From Schmidtea polychroa (Eukaryota): DNA of 64,000 nt. The notes under the pieces were generated by a model. That model was not told the origin of the DNA, did not search any database, and was given only the letters and a program-made list of their open reading frames with translations. The stretch spans positions 189,472,001-189,536,000 of the forward strand of contig CM097885.1 of assembly GCA_044892525.1 (NCBI GenBank), written 5' to 3'. Positions within the stretch are counted from its first letter, which is position 1; every line of letters begins with the position of its first letter. Of the stretch, positions 13,808 to 27,421 are shown in pieces. The position numbers and the translations under genes were made by a program.

Positions 13808-15314
13808 CTGATAGCATTAATGGTAATATAATAATAGCAATGATATTGATGATCATAGCAACGATGCTAGTAATAATAAAGATAATACTAAGGGTAATAA
13901 TGAGGATATCAATGAATGCAAATTTATAAATCTTTGAGGATTACCAAACGATTAGCAATAACCTTAATTATTATACCACTCGGGGGTCTTGAGGGGAAAA
14001 GTTGATTGCATCTTTATAAGCTTATTTAACATATACGCGCAAGTTGACATCTTTATTAATATTAGATTTATCCGATTACAATTTGTATTAGACAGTGTAA
14101 TTAATTGAGTCTGGAGCTTTACTCTGTTTATCACACCTAGTGTATTATATTCGTGTTGATTTTTAGTGTACGGTTATATGTATTTTATATGTTCAAACAA
14201 AGTCGATTTACAGACAGTTGCTTGTTTTCATGGCCTCACTGTGCTCACTACGACAAGCCCTAATGTGTATGTGCATCGGTAATATAATACCGTACTATAA
14301 TATCGATAACGAGTTCTACGAACTCCATCGCCCAGAGGTGATTCATCGACGAACCCACTGGTTTATACCACCGAGTCAGTACGACCTCCGACGACCCCGG
14401 AACGTATAATAAAATGGTGTGTGCCAGGCAGTGGCCTGCATACGTCAAGGCTGCGTGCTCAGTGACGTTGTAGTTTAGAGAATTGGATGTAAGACGGATC
14501 AAAATCGAAGATGACTTTGTTCGATGTTGATCCCTCTTGCATACTAATAAAAAAGGGAACGAATTTAAAGTTTCATAATTATATTAAAAATAATAACAAT
14601 TAAACAATCAATCGTTCTTACTTTCCAATAAAAACTCGAAATTAAAGTTCAACAAAATAATATTGGTATAAAGAGTGTTTTTGTGACTGAAATGCGTTGG
14701 TATATATACCTATTTTTGTGTGTGCAAGTACACGTGTATGTATTGATGCATTAAAACAAACTCGAATTCATTTTATTCTAGAATTTTCTATTTCCTATTT
14801 TTGATGATTTTAATGGATATTTTAGTGTCATAATTTTTATTTTTACTTTTAAAATTTTATTTTCTAATTATTTTTTGCTAAATTTACCTCCATGATGGAT
14901 TTGCAACGATTCCAGAACATTCCATATTAATTTAAAATTAATTTTTATTTTAATGATGTTTTTCTTAATTTCTTTTTTCAAATTTTTATTTTTATAACTA
15001 ATTTATTTATTTTTGTTAACTTTTATTGATCTATATGGCTTTTATGATGGATGTCGCCATTCTTATGAAGTGTTCTGGAATTTCATCTAGAATTTTAATG
15101 TTTTACTATCTTTCGAAGCTATCCGAGTCTGTTTTTTTTGTAATTTTTATGTTTCTTTGTTATATTTGAGTTAGTTTTCTTGCGATACTTCTTGCATTTG
15201 TATCATTTTATTTAATTTATTAGGGTTTTCCTCTTAATTAATATTGTTTATTTGATGTATTTTTATATTTAACTAAACTTATTGCTATTTGGGTGCTATA
15301 TACCAACACACCTC

Positions 15315-15715
15315 TGTCACAAAATAGAGTTTTGGGTCTAGAAGTCAGTTCTAGCCCAACACTTATATAATAAATCTTATTGATATCTACTTCGTGTCTT
15401 ATGATTGTTAGTTTGTTTTGTTTGACTTGGAGTTAACTCGTCTTGTCATGTATCAATATTGAATGGGTAAAGCCGTCCCCTTGGACCAGAATCGTACTGT
15501 TTTGAGTAGATGAAACGAGGTAAGTCCTTCTATGGCACTCCTGAACCCGTACAGCGAACCTTACTGGGAGTAGTCCTACCACAGGGGCTCACCTGCTGGT
15601 AAGTTCCGACCTGCGTGTGCATCACCAAAGTGACACATCATCACGGGCACTCGTAAGGGAGATGATTGACAAGTCATGAAGATTGCTTAGGGGACACTAT
15701 CTGAGCGCATAAACA
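15315..15715 (-). mobile_element. Probable 3' LTR of the BEL/Pao element
   Basis: Minus-strand PPT AGGGGGAAGAAAA (15716-15728) directly precedes TGTTTATG; ends ...GTGACA. Confidence 0.6.
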
Positions 15716-18300
15716 TTTTCTTCCCCCTAAGTAACCAACAAAACAAAGCTTCTCCAAATTTCAATAAAACCGAAAATGTCATACAAAAAATCCAAGAATC
15801 CAAAATTCGATAAATCAACCCTACAATTACCAACTCGAATCACCAAATGTCCGCGACTGTGTGCGCACACAAAATAAAATTCAGAACCCAAAAACAAATG
15901 CACACAGACGCGACTCAGGATTGATCATCCTCCCCTTTGACATTTTGATGTCAATGTCAAATCTTTTACTTGCACTCTCTACCCATTTGTGTATTCCTTT
16001 ATTAAGCTTTGGGGGTAGCTTTTCGTCCAAATCAAGCCCTACCAACCATAACGTCTGAATAATCTTTTTATCCATGATTATGAATGGACCTAACAGTCCC
16101 AACGGATAAAAGATTCTTGCCACTATGGTCAGTACCTTTCTTTTCGATAAAAATTCTTTATCCGGCAGATTTACTTGAAAACTAAATTCATCGTCTTCAG
16201 AGTACCATTTCAAACCTAGGTCTTGACGGCCATTGTCATTTCCTTTTCAATATTTAGGGTTTTAGTCCGTTCCTCAACTGGGATTGTAGCCATAATTCTT
16301 TCTGAGTTGGACAGCCATTTTCTAGGCCATATTCCGGAATTGCATTAAACCTTTTTAGCCCCTCTTTTAATCTCATTCCTTCTTCAAAATCAACAGAGTC
16401 CCTGGTATCGTCCATATACGTAAACTTGAAAATAGATTCTGTCTCCTGTGGATAGTCTTTTTCAAATTTCTTGACATACTCTTACGCGACTAGCTGGGCA
16501 AGGAATGGAGATGCATTAAGACCAAACACTAACCGATTAAATTCATACTTAATAATCTTCCCCTCGATTGACAATAAGAAACAATGATATTTCCTGTCTT
16601 CAGGAGCCATCCTTATTTGCAGATACATTTTGCTATGTCACAAACAATAGCTACTGAAAATTTACGAAAACGTACTAAAATGTCAAAAACTTCATTTTGT
16701 AATTTTGGACCAACTTCCACCATATCATTAATTCCCACTCCATTAGACCTGGCTGCTGTATCAAACACAACACACACTTTCGTGGTATTCTTATCTCTTC
16801 TAACCACGAAAAAGTGTGGTAATATCCATTCCGAATCTCCAGGCATCATTTTCTCTTTCACAATACTTATATAATCTTTTTTCAAGTAACCATTCAAAAT
16901 TTGATGATACTCATTTCGTAAATCTTCCTTGTCAAGCCTTTTAACAAAACTTTGCAGCCGACTTTCTGTCATTTTATCACTATTGGACAAAGATGTTGGT
17001 GACTCTTTCCATGGCACTTTTACCTTGAAATGCCCGTCTATTTTTATCATCTCAGATTTTGTTTTCTCATAAATCACCTGGTCTTTGGCTGCAAATATAT
17101 TAGCCTTTAGCTACTTTCGTCAATCTCCCAAAATCGTTCCATTTGTCTTTCCAAATCATCGCAATTACCAAAGAACGTTCTTATGAAATTGCTTTGATGA
17201 TTCCAAATTCTTCCCATTGAGGTTCTTCCAACTTGCCATCGATTTCTTTAAGTGCTCGTTGATGCTTTAAATAATCAGCCTCAATTAAAACTTCAACTAC
17301 CTGTCTTCCGTCTAGCATCGGAAAATGGATGCACTTCAGATGAGTCCTCTTATGTTTTTCTCTCGCCAAATTTATTACCCTCATTTCTTCCGTGATATTT
17401 TTTACGGCCAGTCCGTTGAAGTTCTTAGTCAATCGGCCGTCGTTACTAATTACCTTCGTGGTCACTGGAGTAGCCATCATTTGTTGGACATTACCGCCGA
17501 TAACTCCTATCGGTGTTCTCCTTTCAACCCCTTTTAATCCAAGCTCATTTAAAATTCTTAGATTGATGTAGCTTACTGAGCTTGTATAATCTAACAGTGT
17601 ATTGACTTTTATTTTCTTGTTCCCATTTTCCAGTTAGATTGGAATTGTTCTTAAACTAAGGTAAGGTCTAAGGTTTTTCTCGTTCATCCCTTTCTGGGTC
17701 AACATCGTGTTGTTACCTTTTTCACTCTCCTCACTGATTTGTCGTTCATGTAATAATTCGTTGTGTCTTTGCTTAAATCCGGTAACCTTGCAGAAAGATT
17801 ATTTACGACGTTCCTTGGCCATGTTATTTCTTTTGAAGCAATTCCGGCAGTTTCTTTTCTTCAATGACCTTTTTCCTTTTTGAAATTGTGAGTTACTTTA
17901 ACTTGTCACATTGGTCTAGGTAATGTTGACCACCACATTGTACACACTCTAATCTATAGAGGTTAGAGTCATTCTCCTGTCTGACCGTCTCACTTTTAAC
18001 TCTGCCATCCGGTTGCCTCATGGCTTGTAGTTAAGACTTGTAGTTAACTTGCCCAAACACTTTTGAAAAAGACATCTAGTATTTAACTCGAATTCTTTCC
18101 CAGTGGATTTAAATCGAACGGTGATTGTTTCTAATAATCCAACAAATAAATCTAAATCCTTCAAATCTCCTTCACGAATTGGCCTGAAATTGTCCATCGC
18201 CTCTAATATTGATAGATATATCCTTTCATCCCCACCATATCGCCTATCCAACTTCTCTTTAGCCTTTTGATGCTATAGTGACTATAGTCGTTCAATATTC
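15315..18300 (-). mobile_element. BEL/Pao LTR retrotransposon remnant (gag fragment, protease, RT, RNase H region, 3' LTR; integrase mostly deleted)
   Basis: ORFs 16613-17077 (WILPHFFV..VFDTAA..GPKLQN), 15881-16213 (SKRKVL..IFYPLG) and LLDYTSSVSYIN at ~17570-17600; many stops and frameshifts. Confidence 0.88.
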
Positions 18301-20698
18301 TTTTATTTTCTAATTGCTTTACCGCGTAGACTAACGTTTGATAATTTTCCGGAATTCCTTACTTCTTTAGAATTTTTTCTTTTACATTTTCAATCTTAGT
18401 TGTTAAACCATTAATAAAATTGAATAAATGAAATAGAAATGAAAATAATTCTTATAAATGATGAGTCATCCAAAGATGAACACACCAACGTGTATTATAG
18501 AGATATTTAACTTTCAAAATTAGGTGTATTATGGCTGTTGTTCCCTGATTAGTGATCTCCTTGTTCCTAGTACTATTAGCGGTATCTTTCTTATTATCGT
18601 TATTATTTACCACATATATTGTGGGTACCAGTTTTTCTCGATTGTTATTTTTCTTTTCATGCGTATTGGTACCATTAGGATTACTAATATTGTTAAGAGA
18701 ATCGTACTGTTTTCATAAATAATAGCATCATTGTGGTATTAATATTGGGAATAGTAATATTATGAGCTCTTTTTGTCATCGCATGTGGGCCGGGTTAGGC
18801 GCTCAAGTTACGGTAAATTAAGACCCTTTTCACGTGTTGGATGCCATCATAAACTTCGGTGGAAAATCACTCAGACACTAAGATGGCATCGGCTTAATAT
18901 TTTCTTAATTTTATTTATTTCATAGACATTATGACATCGCAATCAAATACGCTTAAATCGTACTATTTGCGTGCGGATAAAAACGTACAGAACGCCGGAA
19001 TACAGGAGGAAAACTGACTCATGAAAGAAAAGATCAACCTTCTGGAGGGAATTTGGTTCTCCCCCATTAGATGAAAGAAAAGAACCAACAATAATTCTGC
19101 CTTGAACTTTACCGTGACAGCCTCATAACCGAAAATCGGGCGCAATGAGCTCTAGTACAGGAGCCAAAGAGCTGGCTCTACTAGTCTCCAGATACAAGGC
19201 CATGAATGGAAATACAGTCATTCCCGCACATTCTTGGATGACCGTCAATCTTGCTCCACCCTTAGACCCAGCGAACCCTTCACCAGTGGGCGCTTCATTA
19301 ATCTATCTCAGCGCTCACAAAAAACTACGAAAAACTACGAAATTTATCTAAGGCAGAGATGAATGCCAAGAAGAGCGCCAGGAAGCCAGCCGCTCAGGGT
19401 CAATTGCAAACAGCCGGTGAACAACTCCAACGTACAGTCGAGATACCCGGAGAGGCGTAACTCCTCCTTCTGGAGAATGAATTTCAGCTCGAAGCCTCCT
19501 TGGCGTATATCGATAGGAATGTGTAGTAGAATCCAGCCACACTTAGGTTTTCTGGAGAACACATTGGTATTGAATCCGTTTGTTGTGTTATTGTATTGTG
19601 TAATTTATCAATCCATAATTTGATGTTGTTATTTTCGTTTTTTTTCGATGTTAACTGCTTGAAGCGGGTTGGAAATACTAAGTACTGAACGAAAAGCGTA
19701 TCATACATCTAGCCAGACAATTACAGACAATTACAATGTACAGTGTGAACGAGAGAAATTTTGAGTTTATGCATTTTGAGGTTGATGAATATAGAGCAGC
19801 AGTTCTTCACGTCAGTAGTGTACCTAGACAAATGAATAACCGGCATCAGAATCGTTCCTTCGGGCAACCAGTTTTTGTGAAATAGATGTGATTAACAATC
19901 CACCGTCAGAGAAATAGTAAATTTAAGATTCGCTCTTGTATTCGTCGGAAAATAGGTCTAGGCGCGAATTTTCTGAGAGAAACTGACCCAAGTCGTCGTG
20001 TATCGCCTTTCCCCGAGTTGATATATTCCATGCAGATCTAGCAAATTTCCATAGTTGATTGACATAAACAAAGATCATCCATACGTGAGATTCTAGAGAG
20101 TCAGAACACGCGGCATAAACAGTATAATCTCTGATTGAATAATTATCTTATATTACCGCCCTGTTGAGGAAATTGACATAACATCCGGTATATTTTAGAG
20201 ACGCTCGTAGATTGTTGATGTATTTTATGCGGACAAATCGAAATAAATCACCACATAAACAGGATACATCGCAAACCACCAAATGACAAGTAACAGTAAA
20301 ACGTCATCCCATTTGTGATGATCACGAAATATCCAATAAATTGAGACGGAGTGTAAAGGCTGATAGCAAACCATGATTAAGGCACCGAATCAATCGACTT
20401 CCAAATCTCATTTGATATACATTCGTCATAAAAAAAAATCGGTATCTCGCACGATACAATCCTGATGGTAAATAATCCAGTGAACTTGGATAAGAAGCCA
20501 ATGATAAAAATAAGAGTGAACCGACACACAGTCAATGCGGTGATCGACTCATAAGCAGATGGTACCATAATTGAAGCAAAATTGTTGAATCATCACGAAT
20601 TACAGTCGTTAAAACCGGCAGGAGTATCATTAACAGGAGCAAATGGATCCTCAATAAACGTAATAGGATCATTGTCTTGCCAGATTAAGCTATTTGAC

Positions 20699-21211
20699 TG
20701 TTATGTATTGTTATATTATATTTTTTATGTAGTTTATTAAAATTTAATACGGGTTGCGATTTCAATCGTCACGCGCTGTGTAAAAAAATTTCTAAAAAAA
20801 AACTATATTTCGGAAATAACCAAACGAGATTAAATCGCCAGGACCACATAACAGAGACTTTATTCAACTAGAATTTGAATTACAATATCGTAATCTAGAA
20901 CATTTCAGGCTGGTCTTTGTCCAGTAATTAAAGTACTTATTTTAATTATTTTATGAATAAACGTTCAAAGTTGTATAATCATTATTGTTAATTTATTATT
21001 GCTTATAGTAAATCTTTGTTCACTACAATACACACATTCACCCCAGCTGTCCCGAGACAGTTTATTTACTGGAGACTCGGCTGAGTTCTACAGTATTTCT
21101 TACCACACTAACAAGCATAAATATAAACATAATATATATAATATAATACATATAATATAATACCAATATAATACAATCCAGCATACGATAGAAATAGGAT
21201 AAACCTTAATA
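20699..21211. mobile_element. ~513-bp insertion, probable solo LTR, splitting the protease of the decayed Gypsy copy
   Basis: TGTTA...TAATA termini; 5-bp TSD TTGAC/GTGAC (1 mismatch); protease codons resume exactly across it. Confidence 0.7.
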
Positions 21212-21711
21212 GTGACCAAGAGCTCCATCACGACATTATAGGGATGAGAAGCCTTCCTACAGAATGTCTATTGAGAATGGACATTTTAAAAAGATTAAGA
21301 GGAGTATTTGATTGTGCAACTGGATTGTTAATCCGAGCACGAAGTAAAAAGAGGAAAATTTACAACGACGATACAGCTTATATAGATCATAAAACTATCA
21401 TACAACACAGAGTGGCAACAGTATGCTTTGTAGCTACAAGCAATAGTTGGGAAGGTGAAGTTAACGTCGAAACGGTAAAGAACTTCCCGGAGCCTAAAAC
21501 AGTTAAACATATCAAAAGATTTTTGGGCCTAGTTGGATATTACCGAAAATTCATTAGAAACTTCTCGGTAATAGCTTTCCCACTCACGCAGTTAGAAGGT
21601 AAAAACGTCAAATTTGTGTGGGGAACAGAATAACAGGAAACATTTGACATGCTCAAGGGAAAACTTGTCAAGCCACCTATATTGTGATTCCCAGACTTCG
21701 ACAGACAATTT

Positions 21712-23655
21712 TTGGTTATGACAGATGCCAGCACTCGGGGAATAGGTGCTGCGCTAGGTCAGAGAGATGCAATTGCATACGCTAGCAGAGGACTAGAACC
21801 ACACGAGAGAAATTACGCAGTAATAGAACTAGAGGTTTTAGTAATTGTGTATGCTATAACCCAGTTTAGGAAATATTTGTGGGGTCATTACAGGCCATTA
21901 CAGTGGTTGACGAAACACACAATGGATACCTTAAAACTTGTCAGATGGGCATTAATTTTACAGCCATATGACATAGAAATCCATTACAGAAAAGGAGATC
22001 ATAATGGTAACGCAGATGCTTTATCGAGAATGGACCAGGAGGAAGAAGCAGAAGATGTGAAGGAAGGGTCTTTGGAAGGAACTATCTTCACATTGACCAG
22101 AGAAGCCAACGGGCTAGCTGATTTAATGGAGGCACAAAAATCTGACGAAGAGATCAACGTTATTCGTCAAGCCTTAGAAGCAAAATACGTGCCCACAGAA
22201 TTCACAAAATACTGGGAAAAGAATAAAGATAAGTTTGTGCTGGAGGAAGGATTAGTTAAATATTCAGACGTTAGAGATAACGTTATAATGGTTCATAAGA
22301 AATTTCGTGAAGCACTCAGGTTACTGTATCACGATGGAGCCTTAGGAGGACATCTGTCAACCAAAAAAACGTTGTCGAGATTAAAACAAAATTACTTTTG
22401 GCATATATGAAACAAGACGTTAAAACCTGGTGTCAGACATGTTAGATCTGTATCACCAGAAGAAATACCGGAAAGAAACCCTACGTACCAATGAAGCCCA
22501 TATGAGGTATTGAGAACTACAGATACGAATCTCATACTACAACTGGTAGCCAACCGAAAAGCAGAACCAATAATGGTACATGCAAACCGGTGTAAAAAGT
22601 GTGAAATCCCATCCAAAGGGATCCCAGTAAATTCAAAAGCAATAGAGAAACCGGTGAAACCAAACATTACCGAAGAAGCACAAGGACACTGATACCCATT
22701 GAGATCACGGGGTGTTCCAAAATCAGTCACTTTTATTGTGATAATAATTTGCATGATGACCTTAGCTATTGCAAAAAGGGATAAAGAGGCATATTTTCAG
22801 CCAATGGCAATGCAAGTAGATTACTTACATTTTATAAGAACTTATGACGGAATTCGTATACTCACAACGTGTGATAATGCCACAAAATTCAATCTGCATT
22901 TCTACAATAAGTATTTAAGGGTCCACCAACTTAACTCGCTAGAAAGAGAATGGGATTTATACGATTTAAAAGCTGAGACAGATTACAAAATACACGTCGC
23001 CGCATCAAGGTTATATCAGAGTGGTTGGTATACTTACCACGTATGAAATTGGATACTTAGGAGGGTGGATTTCACAAATCGCATATCGATATCTTACGAA
23101 AAAGATAAAGTAAAGTTTAGTCGACAAATTCGTGGGGAGGAAAATGTAAAGGTCAATTTACTAGACGGACTAACCACGAGAGAACCGGTATGGTTAGATC
23201 ATAGCTCCCCTTCCAAAGAAATGTATCTAAATCAGTCCGTAGAATATTCGGTTCTAGTTATATACTATAGCCCGAAGAAACAGCAAAGCGACATGTGGTT
23301 CGAGGTATTTGAAGAGATATTACCTCTTAGACATCCGGTTACAACGAAAATACCACAAAAAGTAATCAGGGAAAACATGGTGAAACATCCCGTGATGTGG
23401 TAACATCTTAGACAACTACCGCCTATCAAACAAATATCTTGTCAGACGACTCCGAATCTGACGAACTGTTGTGATTGCAATGCCCTCACAAACTTCAAAG
23501 CGGGATACATTCTGAAAGTACCCATAGGGGTATGGATCACGGTGTAGGCAGTATTATCATTTGCGACCACGCTGATAGCTATGGGCATTTGGATCAAGCT
23601 ATATTTTAAACAAGCTATAAGGGCTTACGACAGAGTGCTGATGTCGCAATTATGA
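21712..23655 (+). pseudogene. RNase H, deleted integrase, and signal peptide/Fn3-like/TM tail of the decayed copy
   Basis: ORF pieces 21712-22410, 22699-23046 and 23065-23403 align with the C-terminal half of the 1985-aa ORF. Confidence 0.88.
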
Positions 23656-23768
23656 CAATTACAGACTCCCCCGAGGGAAAAATCATATATAAATATTTAT
23701 ATGATTAAAATAAATAAATATTTATAGCATTAAAATTTAGCATATGTAGATCTTTTATAACAAGACGC

Positions 23769-26700
23769 ATGCATATCTTTTTAGCCTATTATGGCATATC
23801 AGTATATCTGATATTTTGGTTGATCATTTTTATTTCAGGAATGCAGAGTCATCATATATTCCAATATCAAGGAAGACATATACGTGCTAATACCCTACTG
23901 AATGAGAAGCTGATATATAAAAACCTGGAAAGGCAAATAATCGATCAAAGTCGAAAAGGACAACGGCACTGGTTCTACGGCCATTGCTCGGGGATACCAC
24001 ACAACTTTAAATTCGACGAGGCCCCAAAACGCCAAATGATAATAACAAAAATTCCGGGCAAGCGCAATACCAGCATTAGGCTTACAGATGTCATGCCCGA
24101 GTTTGGCAGACATTGTATAACTAACCACCTAGGGTTTCTGAAAAACAGTGGTTTTCAAAAAACAGCTGTTTAACTGTTTCTGATTTTTAAAAAACAGCTG
24201 TTTTACTGTTTTTAATTGTTTTTACTGTTAATAATGTAAGGAAAAAAATTTCAGAGCGCCAAGATCAAAGTTTTCAATCAGATCGAGTGCTTTGAAATCC
24301 TGAAGAGTCTCACTAATTGATGCTTCGGTTTTAATTAACGGTTCAAGCATGGTTGGGATTGAATTCCAGCGTGTTTTCACATCCAGATACAGTTCAATTT
24401 CTCGAGAGTGAATTTGTTTGATTTTTGATTGAAGCACATGATTTCGAACAGGTGAATGTTTGAAGAATTTGACAATCTTGCGAGACTTTTTGAGTATTTC
24501 ATGATAATCGATCTCATTATGGTTTTCATTGATTAATTCAAAATCGGTTGGTTCATCAAAATTATCTTCCTCATTTGAATCTTCATCAATGATGATGGGT
24601 TCTTCAATTTCTGATTTCTTTTTGTACAAAGCATCATATACTCCAAGGTATTGTCTCTTTTCGGTCTGAATTCCATTCTTGGATGTGCTTGGTTCCCCAG
24701 CATGATCAAACTTGATGCCATGCTGCTGTAGATGTCTCTTTAAAGAAGTCGTTGAATTGCCAGAGCACTTAATTATGCTATTGCATCGATTGCATTGACC
24801 TTGAAGCTCTTTTGTGTGCGGATTCCGTCGTTTTGTGGTAAATTCCCAAACAGAAGCCATTACTAATAGAAAATTAATCATTTAAAACAATTAAAACAAA
24901 TTAAAATCGTTGATTTATTACCGAAAATAATTAAATCAGTAAAAATATTTATTTCAGTAAAAGTTGCAATGCTTATTTTATAATGTGAAAATAAACACAA
25001 ACCAGTGCTGTTCATTTATATATAAGTGGTGCTATGTCTAGACGTCTAGACAATGCATTGACTGTTGACCTTGAATGGAAAGCGGTCGCGTTGTGTGGCA
25101 TGTTAAGCAAATGCTGTCCATTGATTTGCCTAGCATATGACGCGAGATAAATGATGCGTAAATGACGGGTTAAGACGATTAAATGACGCGAGACAGGTCA
25201 ATTCAGAAAAAATTGAGAAAAGAACGCTGAATGACGTGTTTTCTGGTTCTTAATGACGGGAAAACCCGTCATTTTTTTAACAGTGAACTTTAAGTTTTAC
25301 TGAAAAACAGTTAAAAACAGTTATGAAAAAACAGCTGTTTGCTGTTTTTGATTTTTTGACGAAAAAACAACTGTTTTACTGTTACTGTTAAACAGTATCC
25401 AGAAACCCTATAACCACCTGTGAATACACGCCATTAACAAACCATTTACGGTTTTTGTTCCTGGCGCCACTAGTCCCATCTTGGTTCAAAAGCATACAAC
25501 CCTCGAAATCGAAAATGAGGATGGGAGAAAAGAATATCTCTCTATTATGTGAAGGAATGGACACCATCGTTGCAATGGAGATCTTAGAACCGGTTAAGGA
25601 GTTACAAACGAGATGGTTCAACGAGCCAAATTGGACGTACAACGTCAACGACAATGATATTAAAACGTTCAAATTTTTTGTGAGGCAACGTTTGGACCCC
25701 AGGCAAGAAGATAATCTTACGATTTACGTTACTCCAATTCCTCAAACTACCAATAGTGGCAATTTCGATTTCACATTTCAACGGCGATTTAATCCTTAAT
25801 ACTAGGGTTACCCCCAGATCACAGGTCAAACACTACCAATGGCACGCACATGGTATGACCGAAAAAGAAGTGACCGGATAGTTCGACGGAGAAGACTGTC
25901 GAAAGAATCAGAAAAATCTGCGATGGGAAAATCATCGTGGGATTGTTAGTGAAGGATCTATTGGAAGTGATTAAATTTCCAATGCAGCGCGCACTCGGAA
26001 TTCGTGAGCTAGGGGCAGCTAAATGCCTCGAATATAGGGACTTTAAGAAATGCAACGGGTATTACTTAGCAAAAACTGTAACAGGAAAAGAGGCGCATCA
26101 TTTCTCTGACCTTCAAACAGAGAATGATGTCACGACTATCAAAGAAATATAGGAAAATCTGCGAGACATCTGGGTTGATGATATTTCACCGAATACCCGA
26201 AAGGATGTGGTCAAGCATGCAGAAAGCCTTAGCTATGGAGAGCTATGTAAAAGAAGACATACACAAGACCAAGCTAATGAAAATAGTGGAAGAAGATTCA
26301 TTGTCGCCGCCAGCTATCTCAATTGCCGACGAGGACGAATATGCCACTTGCGAGAGCGACGACGATAATTCTCTCCAATTCACGCTTTCCAATAATAGTA
26401 GAGTTGTGAATTCAGCTAAAATGGAGACGGAGAAATCACCACCAGCAGACAAACTGGTTGAACGGGTCACCAAGATCTTGAAAGCATTGGCCCCGTTGGG
26501 CGAATCCAAGGGAGGAGCAGAAGGAGGAGCATTACCCCATGCTATAGTCCAACGGCTTAAGCTCCAGGACTTAAAATTCAAAAAGAAAATCACTGTCGAA
26601 CCTATCCAGAAAGAAGCAAGGATTAAGGAGAAAACCGTTCCTACATCTACAAAGAGGAAAAAGGAGATCTCGAAGAGTACCAAAAAGAAAATGTCTCGGA

Positions 26701-27041
26701 TATCCATCCAGGATGAGGACGATGATCTCTTGGAAATCCAATAACAGCCACCAGATCCTGTATTGACCACGATATTGGCAACAAAGGTCGAACCCGTGGT
26801 TGCAGGCGAGCCTATCATCGCGAAAGAAAACGAATTCATTGGTAAAGGCAATTCCATCAATATACGGGAAGATGCTGACAGAGAAGACCCTAGTTGGTGG
26901 CAGAGACCCGATAGTAAATGGAAACCGCGTATCAAGGAATACGATGGGGGTCAAATTCATGAAGTAGGCGTGTCCAACTTCCCCGATTACGGAGTATTGG
27001 AGGCTAATAAGGGCTCTTATATCATTTCAGCTATTGTGTAA
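23769..27041 (+). pseudogene. ORF2 (TM + DEDDh-like exonuclease + charged tail) of the decayed copy, split by a hAT insertion
   Basis: Pieces 23769-24129, 25419-26152, 26124-26744 and 26763-27041; the first three align with 56098-57847. Confidence 0.85.
24130..25410 (-). mobile_element. Non-autonomous hAT element carrying a BED finger fused to a partial transposase
   Basis: TIRs TAGGGTTTCTG/CAGAAACCCTA; perfect 8-bp TSD TAACCACC; ORF 24228-24881 has VWEF..CNRC..SLKRHLQQH and DVKTRWNS. Confidence 0.93.
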
Positions 27042-27421
27042 AAAAGAAGTAAGTACACGGGAGACTTTGGTGGTTAGTTACAGGGCGGATATCGTGGAAC
27101 AAAGGATCCGGAATGAAAGTTCCGAAGTCATGCAGAGAAGGAAATATTAGCAATTCTGCTATGTATTCAACGGACCTAGCTATTTGCTATACGTCCTCAA
27201 GTACCAGCAACTTCGTCAGCCGTCCCAACCCAATCAGTCATTCATTGAACATTTGCTTTATGTGTATATATTTGTATTCTTATATGAACATTGATCGAAC
27301 ATTTAACATTTTGTGATTTGATTTACGATTGCATTATATATTTTATTTTTATTTTTTGGCTGCAATTATCTTGTCTTCACCGCTTTAATTTTCGGGACGA
27401 AAATTTTGTAGGGGGAAGACA

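Noticed and set aside
26243-26960. 230-aa and 129-aa minus-strand ORFs
   Set aside because: Antisense shadows of retroelement ORF2.
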